From Phoronis australis (Eukaryota > Animalia > Phoronida): a DNA stretch of 64,000 nucleotides. The translations under genes and the position numbers were made by a program. The first letter of the stretch is position 1. Every line of letters starts with the position of its first letter. Positions 24,680 through 39,490 of this stretch are shown in pieces. The DNA lies in NCBI GenBank assembly GCA_002633005.1, contig NMRA01000219.1:477251-541250 (forward strand), given 5' to 3'. The notes under the pieces are model-generated. The model saw only the letters and a list, made by a program, of their open reading frames with translations. It was not told the origin of the DNA and did not search any database.

Positions 24680-26894
24680 ATTTGCTGATCATTTTACAGT
24701 TAATAAACAATATTACAAATTCTTTTTCTTTTTTTCCAAGCGCGAAATGGAATAATAACAAAAATCTGTTGCAAAATTATTAGTCACAGGACGAGGGGGG
24801 GTACAGGTGGACGTCACCACGAGTGTTAGCGGGTGGTATGGTGCGTCAACAGTCATGAGGACGCGGTGAGCAGGAAATTGTGAAATTTTGTGACCCTCAT
24901 GGCTGGAAGTGGTGGCAACCGGGGACTAAGTGTGAAATTTTGTGACCACTGATAATATTGACGAAGTTGGCTATCTGCGCTACAAATAATTTTCGTCTTC
25001 CTACAGGCCTGGCCAGCCGTTCTACCTTTAGTTTGACTGTTTGGAAATTGTTTACAGGAGTACTTTTTAACATCAACATGTCCTATTCATTCGGGATAAC
25101 TGTTATGTATTTTTCCGATAGATGTCTCTTTAGTATATGAGTTGTTGCTGAATAATGTCGGCTGTATGTCTAAACCAGACATATATAACAATAAAAAGCA
25201 CATTTTCTTCAAACCTATGGCTAGAAGTTGTTTTGGGCCCGATACGTCATGTCGCAATTGCAACATTGCGAGATATTAAGGCCCAACATTGGATTACTTT
25301 ACAACGATTTTACACAGCCTCTAAACGGAGACTTACGCTAAAACTTAGGAGTGGTCGTCAGTCTCGGTTTAGACTTTGTGGTAAAAAACATCATAAAGTT
25401 ACAACAGTTTAATGACACAGGTCTCTGAAATCTGTCAATTTGCACATCACTTTTAGTTTGTTTGGTCAGGGGCGCTATAGCTACGAAGGTCAACTTTTCA
25501 CACTTTGAATATTGCGAAACATTTTCAAATCAAATATTTTCATTCTAGAGACTGGACGGCAACTGTGTGTACACACATAACAGAGACCCAGTTCCTATTT
25601 GATGTTGGGCTTAACAAACAAAGCATTAGCAACGAGTGCTCAACTGGTCGTGTTTATTTGACGTTTGATTAAAAAACCCATACTACTGGGTGTAAAAAAA
25701 CATCCTTATTCGTGTTTGATGTAATCTCATTAGAAATTCACAGGACATCGATGAATCTATTTTCCTATTTTATACAAGATAACTAAAAAGGACAAATAAT
25801 GTCACTATATTTGACGTACAATAAACTGTTATCGAGACAGTAAAAATTTATCCATTTCTTCGATTTTTAGTTCACGTTTACTGGTTAAACATCACAAAGA
25901 TACTTTCTATAAATATTGTTAGTAACATTTTTGGACCACGCTGATGGAATATGAAAAGTGATGCCCGTGACGACGGTGACAATGACGACGATACAAAAAA
26001 TATTCACCAGTTTGTGCGCTTATATTGTCTGGAAAATTGACTGTTTATAAAAATAGCAATGATGACAACAGCGGTGTTGCAGACAAATGACTATAAAGTC
26101 TTGTGCTTTACAATCACAGCTTAGAAATTATTCGTTAGTGAAACGGAAAAGTAAACAATTCACAACATCACGCACATTAAAATTGATTAAAAGACTACAT
26201 GGGTTTCCCGATAACGAATCGAACTGAAAGGCTTTACGTACTTTTAAATGTTTGTTTTGTTATCAATGGTTTATCAGTCTCTATCTGTGCAAACTTTAGC
26301 TGATTTTGCAGATGAAATATTGAAATTTAGATAGTCGTGTTGTTGAAGGATAGTTATGTTCTTGTGAATGAATGCAAGTAACTCCTGTCATTGCTCTAAC
26401 TATAACTGTTGCTAAATGTAAGCGCTAAACGTTACCAACACTTTCCTAAATTAAAATAATGCTAAACCCTGTTTTAGTGATTTCTACCAACCTTCGTTCT
26501 TTTATACAAGCAAAATTCAAGAGAAAACACATATTTTGTAACGGAATGGACTCGGAAATTATGGGTCTTGGTGGGTGGACAGTTGTGACTCCTTTAAAGT
26601 GTAGGCCTCGCTTGCCCGTTTAGCAGATTTTGCGAGTTTTCAGAACTTGCGCCAAGCTTTTGAGGGCTGACATTATTTTCTTTCAGAAAGCAGGATGGAA
26701 AAGTCGTTGTTCATATCTATTGAACGGCCAAAACCGCGCTTAGTGAAAAGACCCGCATAATGCAATGGGCTCTTTTCTGTTATTTAATCATAACAAGTGT
26801 TTCATCGATTGACATGTTGATATAGCTATGGTTAGACGAGTAGCCATGCGTGATTTTTTACCCACCCTGTACGACAGTGCCAGTGAGTGTTTGC

Positions 26895-26905
26895 ATGACA
26901 GAGCA
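26895..26905 (+). promoter_or_regulatory. Candidate antioxidant response element (Nrf2/CncC-Maf) upstream of GST B
   Basis: ATGACAGAGCA matches RTGACnnnGCA about 90 bp before the ATG; short motif that may be chance. Confidence 0.3.
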
Positions 26906-26992
26906 CTTTTCGTGTAGTTGTCTTGGGGCAACTGGATCTGTTATAGAAGCGTAGTTTCTGCATTGACCGTCGACAAGGGAAGACGAGCAAAA

Positions 26993-29943
26993 ATGGGTGT
27001 CGATCTATACATCGTTCCAGCGAGCCATAACTGTCGCTCGGTGCTTATGGCGTTGAAGGCAGCCGAATGCGAAGGTGTGACGTTGAAAGAAGTAAATATG
27101 CAGAACGGGGAGCATATGACGCCAGAGTATTTGAAGGTATGAAACTATAAAACTATAAGGTTTTCTTACAGATCCCAGAGATCATCGTGTTTTGAATAAA
27201 GCGCGCTTACTAACGAAACACGTACTCCCCGATAAGAACTAAATCGTGTGTCTTATAGAGAACGGACAATTGTTTAATGAAAGAACTGGCAAAGAGGCTG
27301 TTTGTACTTTTCATTATATTTTTACGTGTAGTGCACATGACGTAGTCGGTGAAAAGAGATACGGGATTTCGGCAGCACCCAAGAATACAGACTATTCTTA
27401 AAGAAAATTACGCCGCCTCTTTGAAATCAAATCTTTGCAGTTGTAACCAGTTAAAACTAGTTTAAATGTATAAGTTCTAATTAGCACGGTGGCCACAGAG
27501 CAACCAAACCTCAAAGCGACGTAGACGGAAAAGTACGTACGTACGTACAGAGACACGAACTATGGTACGTGTCCCTTTAGCTCAGATCTTTATAAATCTC
27601 TACTCTTCACGCACGTTCTTACTTTTCCGAGGACGTAAAAAGAGCATTTTCAAATGCATTCCCACAAGTTTCTTTACGAAATAAGAACGTAGTTGGATTC
27701 TGAAATAAAACTGGTGAAATAAGCTAGTTCACGAAACGCGATTGGTATGACACTAGTTCTGTCGCAAAATAGTCGTTCAAAAATTGTCAACAATCATTTA
27801 CTAGATTTCAGTTTGCCGTCTATAATACGTGCCTATATCAAACAAGCTGCCACCTTGAAAGCTCAGCAATCCAAATTTCGAAAATTTGTGAATCACTGTA
27901 TAATAGAGATGAAGACAGTTGATCATTAAACAGTAAACAACCACGGGAACTCTAAGAAATGAAATCCTCGTATGTGTCAGAATAATTGCGCGCATAATTG
28001 GAATTGTAGATCCTATCAAGTTCGAGAGTGCCTATAAAGTCACAAAGCAAAGTCCATAACTTTTGTACCTCAGTGATTTTAAGATGATTTCCACTGCACT
28101 TTATGACATACTTGTTTCAGATGAACCCGCATCATACCGTGCCAACGTTGGACGACAACGGATTCTACCTCTATGAAAGGTATGTTGATTTGCCCCAAAG
28201 GTGTCGCCTCGTTAGCATACAGTATAGAGTATTTCAATAGTATGCAGTGATGTTTTGGCACTTTGCACCGAGTACAAATTGGCCCAATTAAATCAAAAAG
28301 AGCACAGCCACCTAAAGTACCTCAGTATAGTCTTAGTTTTACAGTTGAAACAAAATGATTAATTTTGGGTGCTATTGACCTTTTTACATATAGGCGGATA
28401 TGTCGACAAATTACAATGGATTGTGGAAAGCCAGTTATCCGACGCAGAATGAAACCAATCAATGAAAACAAGAAATATACTCGTATCTTTCCAGCCGACA
28501 GGTGGCCTGAATGATACCTTTTCCACAAATTGCCAACCTTAAAAATGTCAATTGTGAACGACTAGCGTTTTTCATATTACGTTGGAAACCTATTGCTGAA
28601 TACTTATTGATTTATAGATCCAAAATCAAAATACACTACAAGAAGCTTTTAAATTTTTACTACAACTATGTTCTAAATTTTCATTGAAGCCGGCCAATCA
28701 TATGCTATCTTGTGGACAAGTATGGTAAAAAAGACTCCGTGTTCCCCAAAGACCACAAGAAGAGAGCGACAATCAACAAGTGGCTATATTACGACTTAGG
28801 AAGTATTTCGAACAAAATTTCGGAATATATTGTAAGTGATTCCTCGATGTTGTGTCTCTTGTTGAGAAGAAATTTCACCGATGTTGTCATTTTCATCACC
28901 ATAATCTGACACTAACATCATCCTCATCATCATCTTCAATCATCATCATCGTCAATCATCTTCATCGTCACCGTCATTATCATCGTCGTAGTAATCACCA
29001 TCATCGCTACCATTATCGATGTCATTGTCGCCATCATCGCCACCACCTTCAGCATATCCACCGTCACCAATGTCATCGTCATCCCTTCAGGGCTACTGTT
29101 CACGCAAGAACGTTTATTCAATGGAACTACAACCGCTGATAGTGGAGGAACTCGTTCTCGCCAATTCCAGGGCACTTGCACTTACCGCCAAGCACAAGTT
29201 CATGTACAAGAGTGATGGCTTACAGCTTCCAATTCTGTACCATGTTGTTCGATCCAGGTTCAAAAAGAACTTGGTTGAGATCCGTTGAGCCACGAATCTT
29301 GCCAAGGAAGATCACGTGCTTCCCTTGTTATACATGGCGATATCTCGCAGTCTTGAGTACTCTTGCATTTTTACAAGATTCGCGTGTCTACGGAACTCGC
29401 ACTTTGTGAGTGTTCGGATGCATTTCAGAACATGTGAATCAGCTAACCACATGTAGCAAGCCGGCAGATCCAGATTACTTTCGTAAGCGTTTACTGTTGT
29501 AGTAATACTTTGAAAGTAGTCTGCAAATAGGTTTCTCGTGTTGAACCTTTGTAAACTTAATCCATAAAATTGTAAAGGCATCAAATAAAATTAAAAACAG
29601 CTAATATCTATGCAGCCATGTTCACAGGATAGAGTTTCTTTTTCAGGGGCCCCGCTTGTTCCAGGGGAAGCCGTTTGACCCAGAAGTTGGGAAGAAGCTC
29701 ATTGAAGCGTTGAAGGTAGTAGACAAGCAGTTGGCGACTTGCAAGTTTGTTGCAGGCGATGAGCTCAGCATTGCCGACCTCACAATCGCGTCGAATGTTT
29801 CTATGTTGGAGCTTGATCCTGATCTCGATCGTTCAGAGCTTACTAACCTTCAAAGCTGGTACTTAAGGATGAAGGAACTACCTTATTGGGAGGAATGTAA
29901 CAAGGGACTGAATGCGTTCAAGGAAATGGTGAAGGGCAAATAG
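26993..29943 (+). CDS. Glutathione S-transferase B (Delta-like, 213 aa)
   Basis: Exons 26993-27136, 28121-28179, 28690-28831, 29647-29943. Motifs [70 protein letters not shown] at 30035. Confidence 0.93.
28888..29083. repeat. Degenerate (CAT/CGT)n trinucleotide tract in GST B intron 3
   Basis: Direct reading; explains the poly-His/poly-Ser ORFs. Confidence 0.85.
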
Positions 29944-32900
29944 ACTTCCACGAATTAGTCAATTGACTAAAAGAACTATCAAGCTAGTCTCTGGATCTGT
30001 ATATTTTGGGCACTTGATATTTCAGTGTTTGCGTAATAAAAACATATCTGGAAATTTCCAGCATTTTCGTGTAATTTTTAAAATATTGTATGTCGAGTTT
30101 ATATACATTTAAATCAGGAAACTATATGAGAATATACATCGTCTAATGTTTGAATTGTCCACTGTTTGTGATAAATTTACACATGAAGTGTCCAAATGGG
30201 AGCCGCATGCTCTTCATTTTTGTCACATACTACGAACCTAAAGATCCTGAAATATGCCACTTGCAGCAATTTTAACACATTGACCCTATATATTTGAAAT
30301 TGCACAACGACCAACTAAACTCACGCAGCGAATCTGGGACCCGTTTTGTCGAAGAGCTAAATATTGCTACGGACCTAAATGTGATTGTCGTCGGTTCACA
30401 GTCAAGCTGAAAGCTCACCTTCATAAACATTTTACAAAAATAAATCGTTTTTTAACGATTCTTTTCGAAAGACCGAGTTATTGTATCATCGATCAATCCA
30501 CGCCGTTGGACGCAGAACACAGTTAAGTGAGCACTTGAAGGCAATGAGCAGAGTTTATATAGATGTTCATGTCCCATGCAGCGCCACCTTAGAAAAACAC
30601 TATTTTGGTTCATGATTTTGCGTGAAGCACTTTGTTTTATATTTAATGCGGTTGGTTAGTGTTGCTAATGACACGTGATAACAACGTGAACTGAACGCAG
30701 TTCACTGATTACTTCACCATGAAGTTAACGGCCTCTACTGATACTTAGAAGTCTGCGACTTAGGCTTGATATAAATATGCCACCGTGGTACTTTAAGAAC
30801 ACACCTCTATCTCATTGTTCTATTTCCACTAACTTCCATCACATGCCAGTGGATAAATTTAGGGACAGGTTAATTCTCGCAGACTATCTTCAGGCATTTT
30901 TTCATCTTAGAGGACCCGAAATTTTTGATAAATTCTGGTTCCTGTACTAAAGCATGAATTGAAGATCCAAACAATGGTTCAAAGGCTGATCCAAGTCCAT
31001 AAATCTTTTTTTTTTTTTGATAAGGGTGTTCGGTACAGTTTTAATTCATAGTTTAAATTACTTTAAACTTTCTTTTGTATTTCAGTCTTTGTCGACCACA
31101 AATTAGCAAAAAGTGTGGTGTCCGTTACAGCGGACAAAATAAAAGCACATCTGACAAAAATATGGAATTTATGTGGGTTTCTGAAAATTCGCCTCTAATT
31201 CAATTAATGATTCAAATCTTTTTGAAAACAGATCATTTTCATTGAACGATGTCAGTTTTATGTTTTACGGATTTCTTTATATTTTGCGATTTACCGATTT
31301 TCTTACGTCGTTGTAAGTAAACGTTTTCTTTCTGGATTTTGAGTTCCTCAAATTTTAACGTTTTTGATTCTACAGAAAAAGGTAAACCATTAATTCTTTT
31401 TCTTTTTTGTTTTATATTGATGGCCATCTTGTTTTCCTTGAAATAAAAAATTAGGGAGTCACCGACTTCTTATTAGAACGATTTTAGCTAACACAGTGTC
31501 ATGTAAGAATTTGAACAGTTTCAAGATAAAGATTATCTCTCGCATTTCACTTGATGGCAGTTATGTTATGATAGAATTCTGAATATCAGCTAAGTAGATG
31601 TGAACATTCTCAGACAACAAGTTTCTTCTAGATTCAAAATTGATTGATGGTTGCACTTGGGTTTGCCTATTACTTAGTGTGACGTCACTGTGAAATTTGA
31701 GGTCGCGCTCTATTATCAAAGCTCCAAAGTAACAAAAACTCAACACAAAATCAACATTTTAGAATTTAATAAATATAATATTTTATTTGAAATGGAAAAT
31801 CATACTAATGTTCTAAGTTGTCGTTGTCGTAAACCAACTACTGCTTTACCGCATTTGGCAAACTGGCTCGAACCTGCATTTAAAAGAACATTTACTGAAG
31901 TATTAACTGGGTAGAGTTTAGTAACGATAGGACCTACGCTAGGGCTTCGCTAACATCTAGCCAAAATCACGTGTTCTCATTGAAAATACACGACAATATC
32001 TCTCGTAATCTTGCGAAGTCTTGCTTTTTAGCGAGGATCTAGCGTTGCTGAACTCGGAGCTTTTTTGAACGCGTTCAGATAGTTCTTCCCCAGTCCAGGT
32101 GACTCGACAGGAAACAAAGCGCCGGGACAGCACGAGCGAACCAATTTGAACAGCGCCACAGCCGGGGTCAGAATCCACGAACTTTGCTGTCCTCAGTTAC
32201 TTGAATTTATATTTTGCTTTTGTCTGTGAGTACATTGCTTTTTTATAAAACCGCACTTCTCACCAAGGACAACGCACTCTCGCGACAATATCGAAAAATT
32301 AATAGGGGTCTCAGGAGTAACCTGGTCCACGAATATTGTTAGAGAATGCGAGAACGCGCGCGCACAGCTTTTGGACGTTTTTGTAACAGGGTCAAAGTTC
32401 ATGATTCGTTTCGATGTATAACACACAAAAAATGATTGAATGTGAATTTTAGCTCTGGTCCAGTAATTTTAATAATGAGACAGAAAATTGACTCTTGTAT
32501 CCAAAGATGCGTTCAAACCAATTGCTAGCTTTTTAGCACTAGTCAATGACTCAGTTACCACATAACCTTGAAAACTAAAGAAAAATCGGAGTTCCAGTCT
32601 TCGCAGTTTGAGCTTGAGACAGAATATTCTTATTTTCAACAGGCAACACGTCTACCCCCATAGAACACCAACTGGGTGTTACCTGGTTGCGTTCCGTAGA
32701 CGCAAGAAACTCGCGAAAAGCAAAATCAAGCATGTCTTCGGGAGATATTGCCAAGTGTTTGAATCCCGTGTTCACAGGCGGATTGTCGTGAGTATGTAGC
32801 GGTTACTGTATTACTATTAGTTTTTAAACAGGGAGTGAATGTGTTTGAATGTAACGAACATCTCCACTGGGAACCACCGTCAAATACACTTTAGACCCCG

Positions 32901-35900
32901 GCGTCTGACGTTTCCATGTGTTAACGGGATCCATATCCATTTTTACGTAAGTTGTCCTTTTTAATGAATCCACTGGCTAATATTTATTGTTCGTTTCCGC
33001 TACACCGTGATTCTCTCCCAGGAAATAATTCCAAAAACTTGTCGCAATATCAATGAAATGATAATAAATCGTTAATGAGGTTTCCCTACCTAAATGTTAT
33101 TCTTGACTAATAAGACAGTCGATAAACCGAATGTGCTTGCACAAGCTTATGCAGGGCTTAAGCCTAATTCGTAATTACATTTAGTTCCAAAGCAATCAAA
33201 CGTCGCCATGAGACGAAGGATCGATACCACGTGTTCAATTCCGGTTACGGACAACCAAAGCCCGGCATTGAAATAGACCTGGATGCTGGAACGTCGGGAT
33301 GTGCTTTTAAATACGCACTTTATTCGAATCGATCAGTGTAGTTGTGTATAAGTCTACATTGTGTAAATTTGGGTTCTGCATTTACACTGTTGAGATACGA
33401 CGAGTGTCTAAGCAAACTGGAGATTGATCAAGGATTGCCGGATGTTTGTAAGTGAAACTTGCTTGTTTTCGTAATACAAAAAGTTAGTTTGTCGTTCAGC
33501 AAACGAGCGCGCGATCGCTTACTTGTACGTCAAAGTATCCGAAATTTCAATTTACATTCATTGGGGCTAAACTACTCTGTAAACAAACCGTATAGACACT
33601 TATTCTCAAAAATTTACAAAACGCGCCGAACAGCCCGAAATCACTCGAATTGAGAAGTTTACTAAATTCTATTGCCGTGCTAGATTTTGCAATATAGGAG
33701 TGCGGTAATTTGTATAGGCTCTACAGCCGTGTTAAGACCCTGCTTGGCAATTTTGTGACCCCCATATCGTTATATTTTCGCGCGTAATATGCCCAAGTTA
33801 GGAGACAAAAATTTTACGAAATCTAGACGTTCTGGATCGTTTCATATCCTATGTATTACCATGAAAATTGTTTCTTGTAATTTTGATATCTGTCAGAAAT
33901 GATCCTCCTTACATTGTTATGCCTCCATGATGGTTTCGATTTGTATTATTCATAAGGTGAAATAAACAGTTAAAAATAAAAAAGAATCACGGCGAAGGTC
34001 CACTTAAAGCCAGCAATGCGAGAAATGCTGTCCGGACTTTGACATGAAATAAAATTGCTCATCACGGTTATTTATAACCACCATGGTGGTTAAGGAGCCA
34101 AAGGAGTAAATGAGATGATATTGTACTAAAACAGCGTGGAATTGGAGAGGGGGTCATTTTATTTGTTTTCGTTTGAGGATAGATCTAGAATTGAACTGAA
34201 CATAAGTCAAATGAATAATACTTCCGAAAATTTCAAAATAGTTCCAGATACATCAAATTCAATGGGAGATCGAGCTTCACCAGATGGCGCTTGTGACGCA
34301 GATTCCACCTGTATAAATGCATGCATTCAGGTAGTTATGCGAGAGACCTTTGCTGGAGACGACTTCTATTGATTTCAGTCTTCATCGACCATTCTCAGGC
34401 CTTTTGATTTTCCCCACAGATTTGAGAGAGTGACTCAATTTACAGGACAGTTTACGATCTACGATTGACGGGTGAGTTTCTCGTACTTTTTATTTCCCTC
34501 TCACAACGAAAATATCGGCACTCAATGGGGATTCTGAAAATGTTTACCTTTATGTGGAAAACGGCGAATAGTTAAACCGTTGTTTTGTGAAACGAGAAAG
34601 GGCCTCAAGGAGGTTGACAATCGCCTTAAACTCTACATACAGGTAAAAACAAATAAGTTATATTCGATCAAAACAGCCTTTTAGACTACTTATTGTCTTC
34701 AAGAGTGACTTCGAAAATATGTTTATGGAAATGATTGACTGTATAATAACCCAACCCTCATTCCCTTCCTCTTTGCTGTTTTGACGCATTATTCTTTTTG
34801 TCAATTATTATTTACTTAGTGACATTTCTTACACAGTCTCAACATGTGTAGACGTAATGCTACCATTATTGGTCTGATCGCGTTTATTGCATGTAAAAAA
34901 TCATGTAATTTAAATAACACAAACGCTAAATTGTCTCCTACGCACATAGTTTCGTATATTTCATTGAGCGTTTGCTCGCTGTGCTTCGATTAAAGAAAAG
35001 TAAATTGGACATCAGAAGAATAGGGAGATCCATTGTTTGCTGTAAAGGCGAAATTCCATACTTTAATTGCGCCTTTCACTTACAAAATCAATTCCTTTTT
35101 GTGCGACACGCATGAATGGATAAATCAATTGCAGTTTTCTCGAATGGTCTCCAACTGGGTATTAAACATACGACGGCTAATGTAACAATTATTATATTTT
35201 CCGTTGAGATTGGTGACAACTTTAACTACATTGGTAATAATTATTACATTGTGTTCAAAATCACTCGCGAATTCAGATTTCCACATTATGTGGTAGACAC
35301 AAATGTAAGGATTGTGACATTTGCGTTTCAAAAAGACAAATCGATCGTAAAATACATTGCATTTGCTAAAAAGCTGAGCAAAACTTATTGTCGAAAATTC
35401 TTTATTTCTGATTGTAGTCAAGCGTTCTCTTTGGCCAGTCCTCAAGTGCCAATTTACCTTTCACAATTTATCCGTGTATGCGTGCGGGCGTGTGCGTGTG
35501 CAAGTGTGCGTTCGTGCGAGTGTGCGTGTGCGTGCGCTTGTTTGTATATATTATTGGTGGAATTACCAGAGATTATTGAAATTATGTAATTTCAATAATC
35601 TCTGGTAATTCCGACAATAATACAAAGTGCATTCATCTAAGCTTTGACATTCAAAAACAGGAGTAAAAATTTTGGGATATTACTCATCTCCTTATCTCTT
35701 TATTTCACGATCGTATTGAAAACATTTATGGCAATTTGAACTAGGAAAAGAAATTGTATGTCAGGGGACAATCTATCCTCGCTAGCAACAACATGACGTT
35801 GCATCTCAGTCATCAAAAAACGTTCCACGTGTGTTCGGTGCATCTTTTCTGAGCAGGCAGTAGAGTCCTCACACTAAAGGTTTGATTCCAACAATCTGTG

Positions 35901-35907
35901 ACTATTT

Positions 35908-35958
35908 AGCAGTAGTAGTAGTAGTAGTAGTAATAGTTGTAATAGTACTAGTAATAGT

Positions 35959-36047
<89 letters not shown>

Positions 36048-36059
36048 CAGTAGTTGTTG
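35908..36059. repeat. Compound (AGT)n/(AGC)n microsatellite
   Basis: Direct reading; gives the spurious poly-Ala/poly-Leu ORFs. Confidence 0.95.
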
Positions 36060-38340
36060 TCTCAAACTGGAAGGCTAAAGCAAACTCTAACATATCTACT
36101 ATTTTGTGTTTTCATTGATTTAAATCAATATTTTAACCTATTCCTAGCCTTCCTGTAGGTGTCGCATTAACCGCATTTCTACCGGCAAGCAACAAAATAT
36201 TATAAAACATGCTATGAAATCTCGTCACAAGCATAGTTGAATTAAAATTTCTCGATAAATTATGTACTTCCATGATAATTTACTCGTAATTGTGAATATT
36301 TCCTTTTTTAGTAGTTTTATGACAGCTTGAAATTTACTATCACACTGAGATTGGATTCTACGGGAAAATGATCTGTGAAATACGTGACAGTGGAGATTCA
36401 TTTACAACTATATAGTCAGCCACACTACACTCATTGGTTTCCACTAGTGCGAAATGACCGATGCCCTCATTGTCTTCACGACCATTAATCTAGATACAAT
36501 ACCTCAGTACCATAATCATTAAAAAGACTGTTCTTTGACATCCGAGGTGTAGTAAAGCCATCAATAATCATATTCCAGTTTCAAAAGTAACTCTACCCTA
36601 CGCGAACCTGTTGTTAAGTTCTGCCATCAAACTCCGACGTAATTATGTTGAAGGAAAATGTTTTTCTATAATGTCACGAGATCGGCCGGTTTATTCAAAC
36701 TGGCAGCAAAAAATTCCTTGCCGACAAAAATGAATTGAGTGGTCACCTGCGATTGATAGGAAGCGGTGGAAATTTTTATAGGTTAATAACTTTAAGTGTT
36801 GAAACCGAAACTCTGTCAGTCACGCCCACCATAGTGAGTGCAGCGAAGTCCTACGGGGTGCCTTGGTGTTAGGAAAAACGTGTCTCGACGAAGTCACGTT
36901 TCCCGTAGCCACATGCGCTACCACCCACATATGTTCTACACGTTTTAGTTCAATTCACTATAGAAACTAATCGGTAAATTTGTGAAGCGTTGTGAAAGCG
37001 AATTCTCCTTTACTTTAAGTCTTCGTTTCTTCAGACGTGGAATCTGTTGCATGTTATCCCAGTTTGTTCTCCGTATATCGTTCATCCTTGCGTGTAGTAA
37101 AACTATTTTACGTGAACATTAGCAATCAATGTTTATGGGAANCCCGTTTACCATCAACAATCCCAGTAGCCTTTGCGCACCCTAATTTCCGGACATGCGC
37201 AATCGTTAAATCGATTCGGTTGCAACTCCGCTATTGTAAGGGCCCTTGCGTGTAGTAAAACTATTTTACGTGAACATTAGCAATCAATGTTTATGGGAAA
37301 AGATGGTGAACTGGCTCATGGTCCTGAGCCAGGATTGGCTGGAATGAACAGCTTGATTGACATCTGATCTCGGTATTGAAGGCATTTTGGCGCCCTATTA
37401 TTTTCTTAAGGCCACCGGTCCATTACACCAAGTGCAAACCGCAATACATAACTGCCAAAGCATTGTAATTGAGCAAATGCGCAAAATAATAACGCTCATT
37501 ACAATACAATACTCCTCAGTTTGCAAAATCATATGTTTGGATTAATCGATGTGCGCCAACAACGGTAGTACACGTATTATGGTTGCTTAGTTATATTCGT
37601 TTTAAATTTTTAACATCTTAAATTTAATTGACTGGGCTCTAAAATGACAAAATGACGACACTGTAAGCAATTTATATGTACAATGGATTTCTCGCGCAAA
37701 CCATATTTTGGAATAAATCGAGGTATTTGGGAAATCCGGTCTCACATTGGGTCTTGGGAATGATCTCCATCGCATATAATTCCATTCAACCTTTAACAAA
37801 CCACCTACAGTTTGCCTTAGCGAATAATACCGTCCCCGCGGATACTGGTTTTTGTAATTATGAAAATTACGCAAAAGCGCAGAGGACTGAGATATGTACT
37901 TTTAGTTCCTCGGCACACAAGAACACACGTATAGTTCATTGACTTTCTGAGAATGCCTTAGTCGCCGACTGTTTCTTATCTGTGACTCCAAGCCTCGACG
38001 TTTCAAAGTAATATCAACTCGCCAAATGGGACCCAGCAAAATTCCCAGGTCGCCAAACGGAAACTGAAGTGACCTAAACAAGGAAACCATGCGCAAGAGT
38101 TTGCTAAAGTCCTGTCCCCTAATTTTGGATTTCGCCCTGTTTATCCGACTAAAAACAAAAATAGAATCGGGCCTTTTACTCTAATAAAATCGGCCTCCTA
38201 ATATCCCTTACAGTTATAGGATTCTATTTATCGACAAGAACATCCAAATCATCAGCTACTCACGAAAACGCTTCAGAGTTTACTGGGGTTGGCCAATCCT
38301 AAAATTGTGAACTCGTGGCTAGTGGGACTCGTTCTTATTC

Positions 38341-38605
38341 CATGCGCGCACCCAGCCTAAAATAAAAGGGGGCTCGAATTTTTCAATATGCGGACCTTTT
38401 ACTGAAAGACATCAACGAGGACTAAAAAATGGAGCCCACTGGGTTCAGGCCCACGAATTGTGCATTTGTGCATCCGCGCCGACTTCCCCTGGATTTAGTG
38501 GACTTTTGTCTCGTTTACCCAGACTTTTTGTTTCACTAAGGCGAACCTTTTTACCCAGGCTCGTTCTAGCCCCTCGAGCCCCCCCCCCCCCTGGGTGCGC
38601 CCATG
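38341..38605. mobile_element. MITE with 15-bp TIR CATG(C/G)GCGCACCCAG (hAT-like)
   Basis: catgcgcgcacccag ... ctgggtgcgcccatg, 14/15 match; no clear TSD. Confidence 0.6.
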
Positions 38606-39364
38606 TATACGTTATTTATGGAAATTTCTGTCTTGAAAATTTAAATAAGATAATTTGGTACAAAGTTATGTGTAAATAAAGATGTCCAGGTTGCACCATG
38701 AAGGGGTATCACAAGATTGAAAAGTCTGAAAAATGAAAAGTGTTTTGAAGGCCATTTTGGTTAAGTATAAGTCTTCCAGCATTGTTCTATAGTTTATGAA
38801 GATTTTCACAGTTTCCCCTTAAGACAGTCAGGGATAGGAAAGTAGCCCCGTTTATGTAGTCCCTGACTTCACAAATGTCGAGTACGCTGAAAAACCTTTT
38901 TACACCCATTTACAACGACTGTCCGTCCCACGATAAACTCTAATCAATTTTCTCACCCACTGGCAAATCTTTGATGTAATTGTCAGCGTTAGTCACCTGG
39001 GTGCCGCTCAATTGAAGATGACAGTCAGACAGTTATAACCTTGGTTTTGCCAACATTCAACGTCAGCTTAATTGTTTTCTACCAGCCTTATAAATACACC
39101 ATTCCTTTCTTCGGTCACGGTAGGTGTCGTTGACTTCTTTGGTCGTTTTGGCAGAAAAGAAGATGGCTCTGTCTTCTTCGTACAAACTAATTCTACAGTT
39201 TCATTGAGCAAAGCAAATCATTTACATGCAAAACAACAACGGGGCAAATATCGACCCCTGAGGAAAACCATGTCGCTCTGTCCATCATCGTAACTTGACT
39301 ACGATTACGTGAATAATCAGTAAACTAGTCGAGTTCGGCACCGCACACGTCACAGTGCAGTGTA

Positions 39365-39490
39365 ATCTATTGTGGTCTATAGTGTCAAAAGCTTTTTTGA
39401 CCACGTTGAGAAAAATAACACCAGTAAGTTTGTAACAGTTCATGTTGTCCTGAAAGTAGTCAGCTGTATCAAGAAGAAAAGTCATTATAC
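39365..39490 (-). pseudogene. Non-LTR retrotransposon (CR1/L2-like) reverse transcriptase fragment
   Basis: KLTGVIFLNVVKKAFDTIDHNRL resembles the LINE RT motif G-x-F-L-D-x-x-K-A-F-D-T-V-D-H. Confidence 0.7.

Noticed and set aside
26993-27013. GST B N-terminus MGVDLYI as a myristoylation site
   Set aside because: Gly2 is present but followed by acidic/bulky residues of the first beta-strand, with no Ser/Ala at position 6 and no extension.
35116-35589. 157-aa ORF
   Set aside because: No recognisable motifs, AT-biased composition, runs into a (TG)n repeat and a palindrome; no convincing splice context.
35874-36118. Poly-Ala/poly-Leu ORFs (also poly-His ORFs at 28852-29288 and the hydrophobic ORF 1135-1506)
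   Set aside because: Translations of trinucleotide microsatellites.
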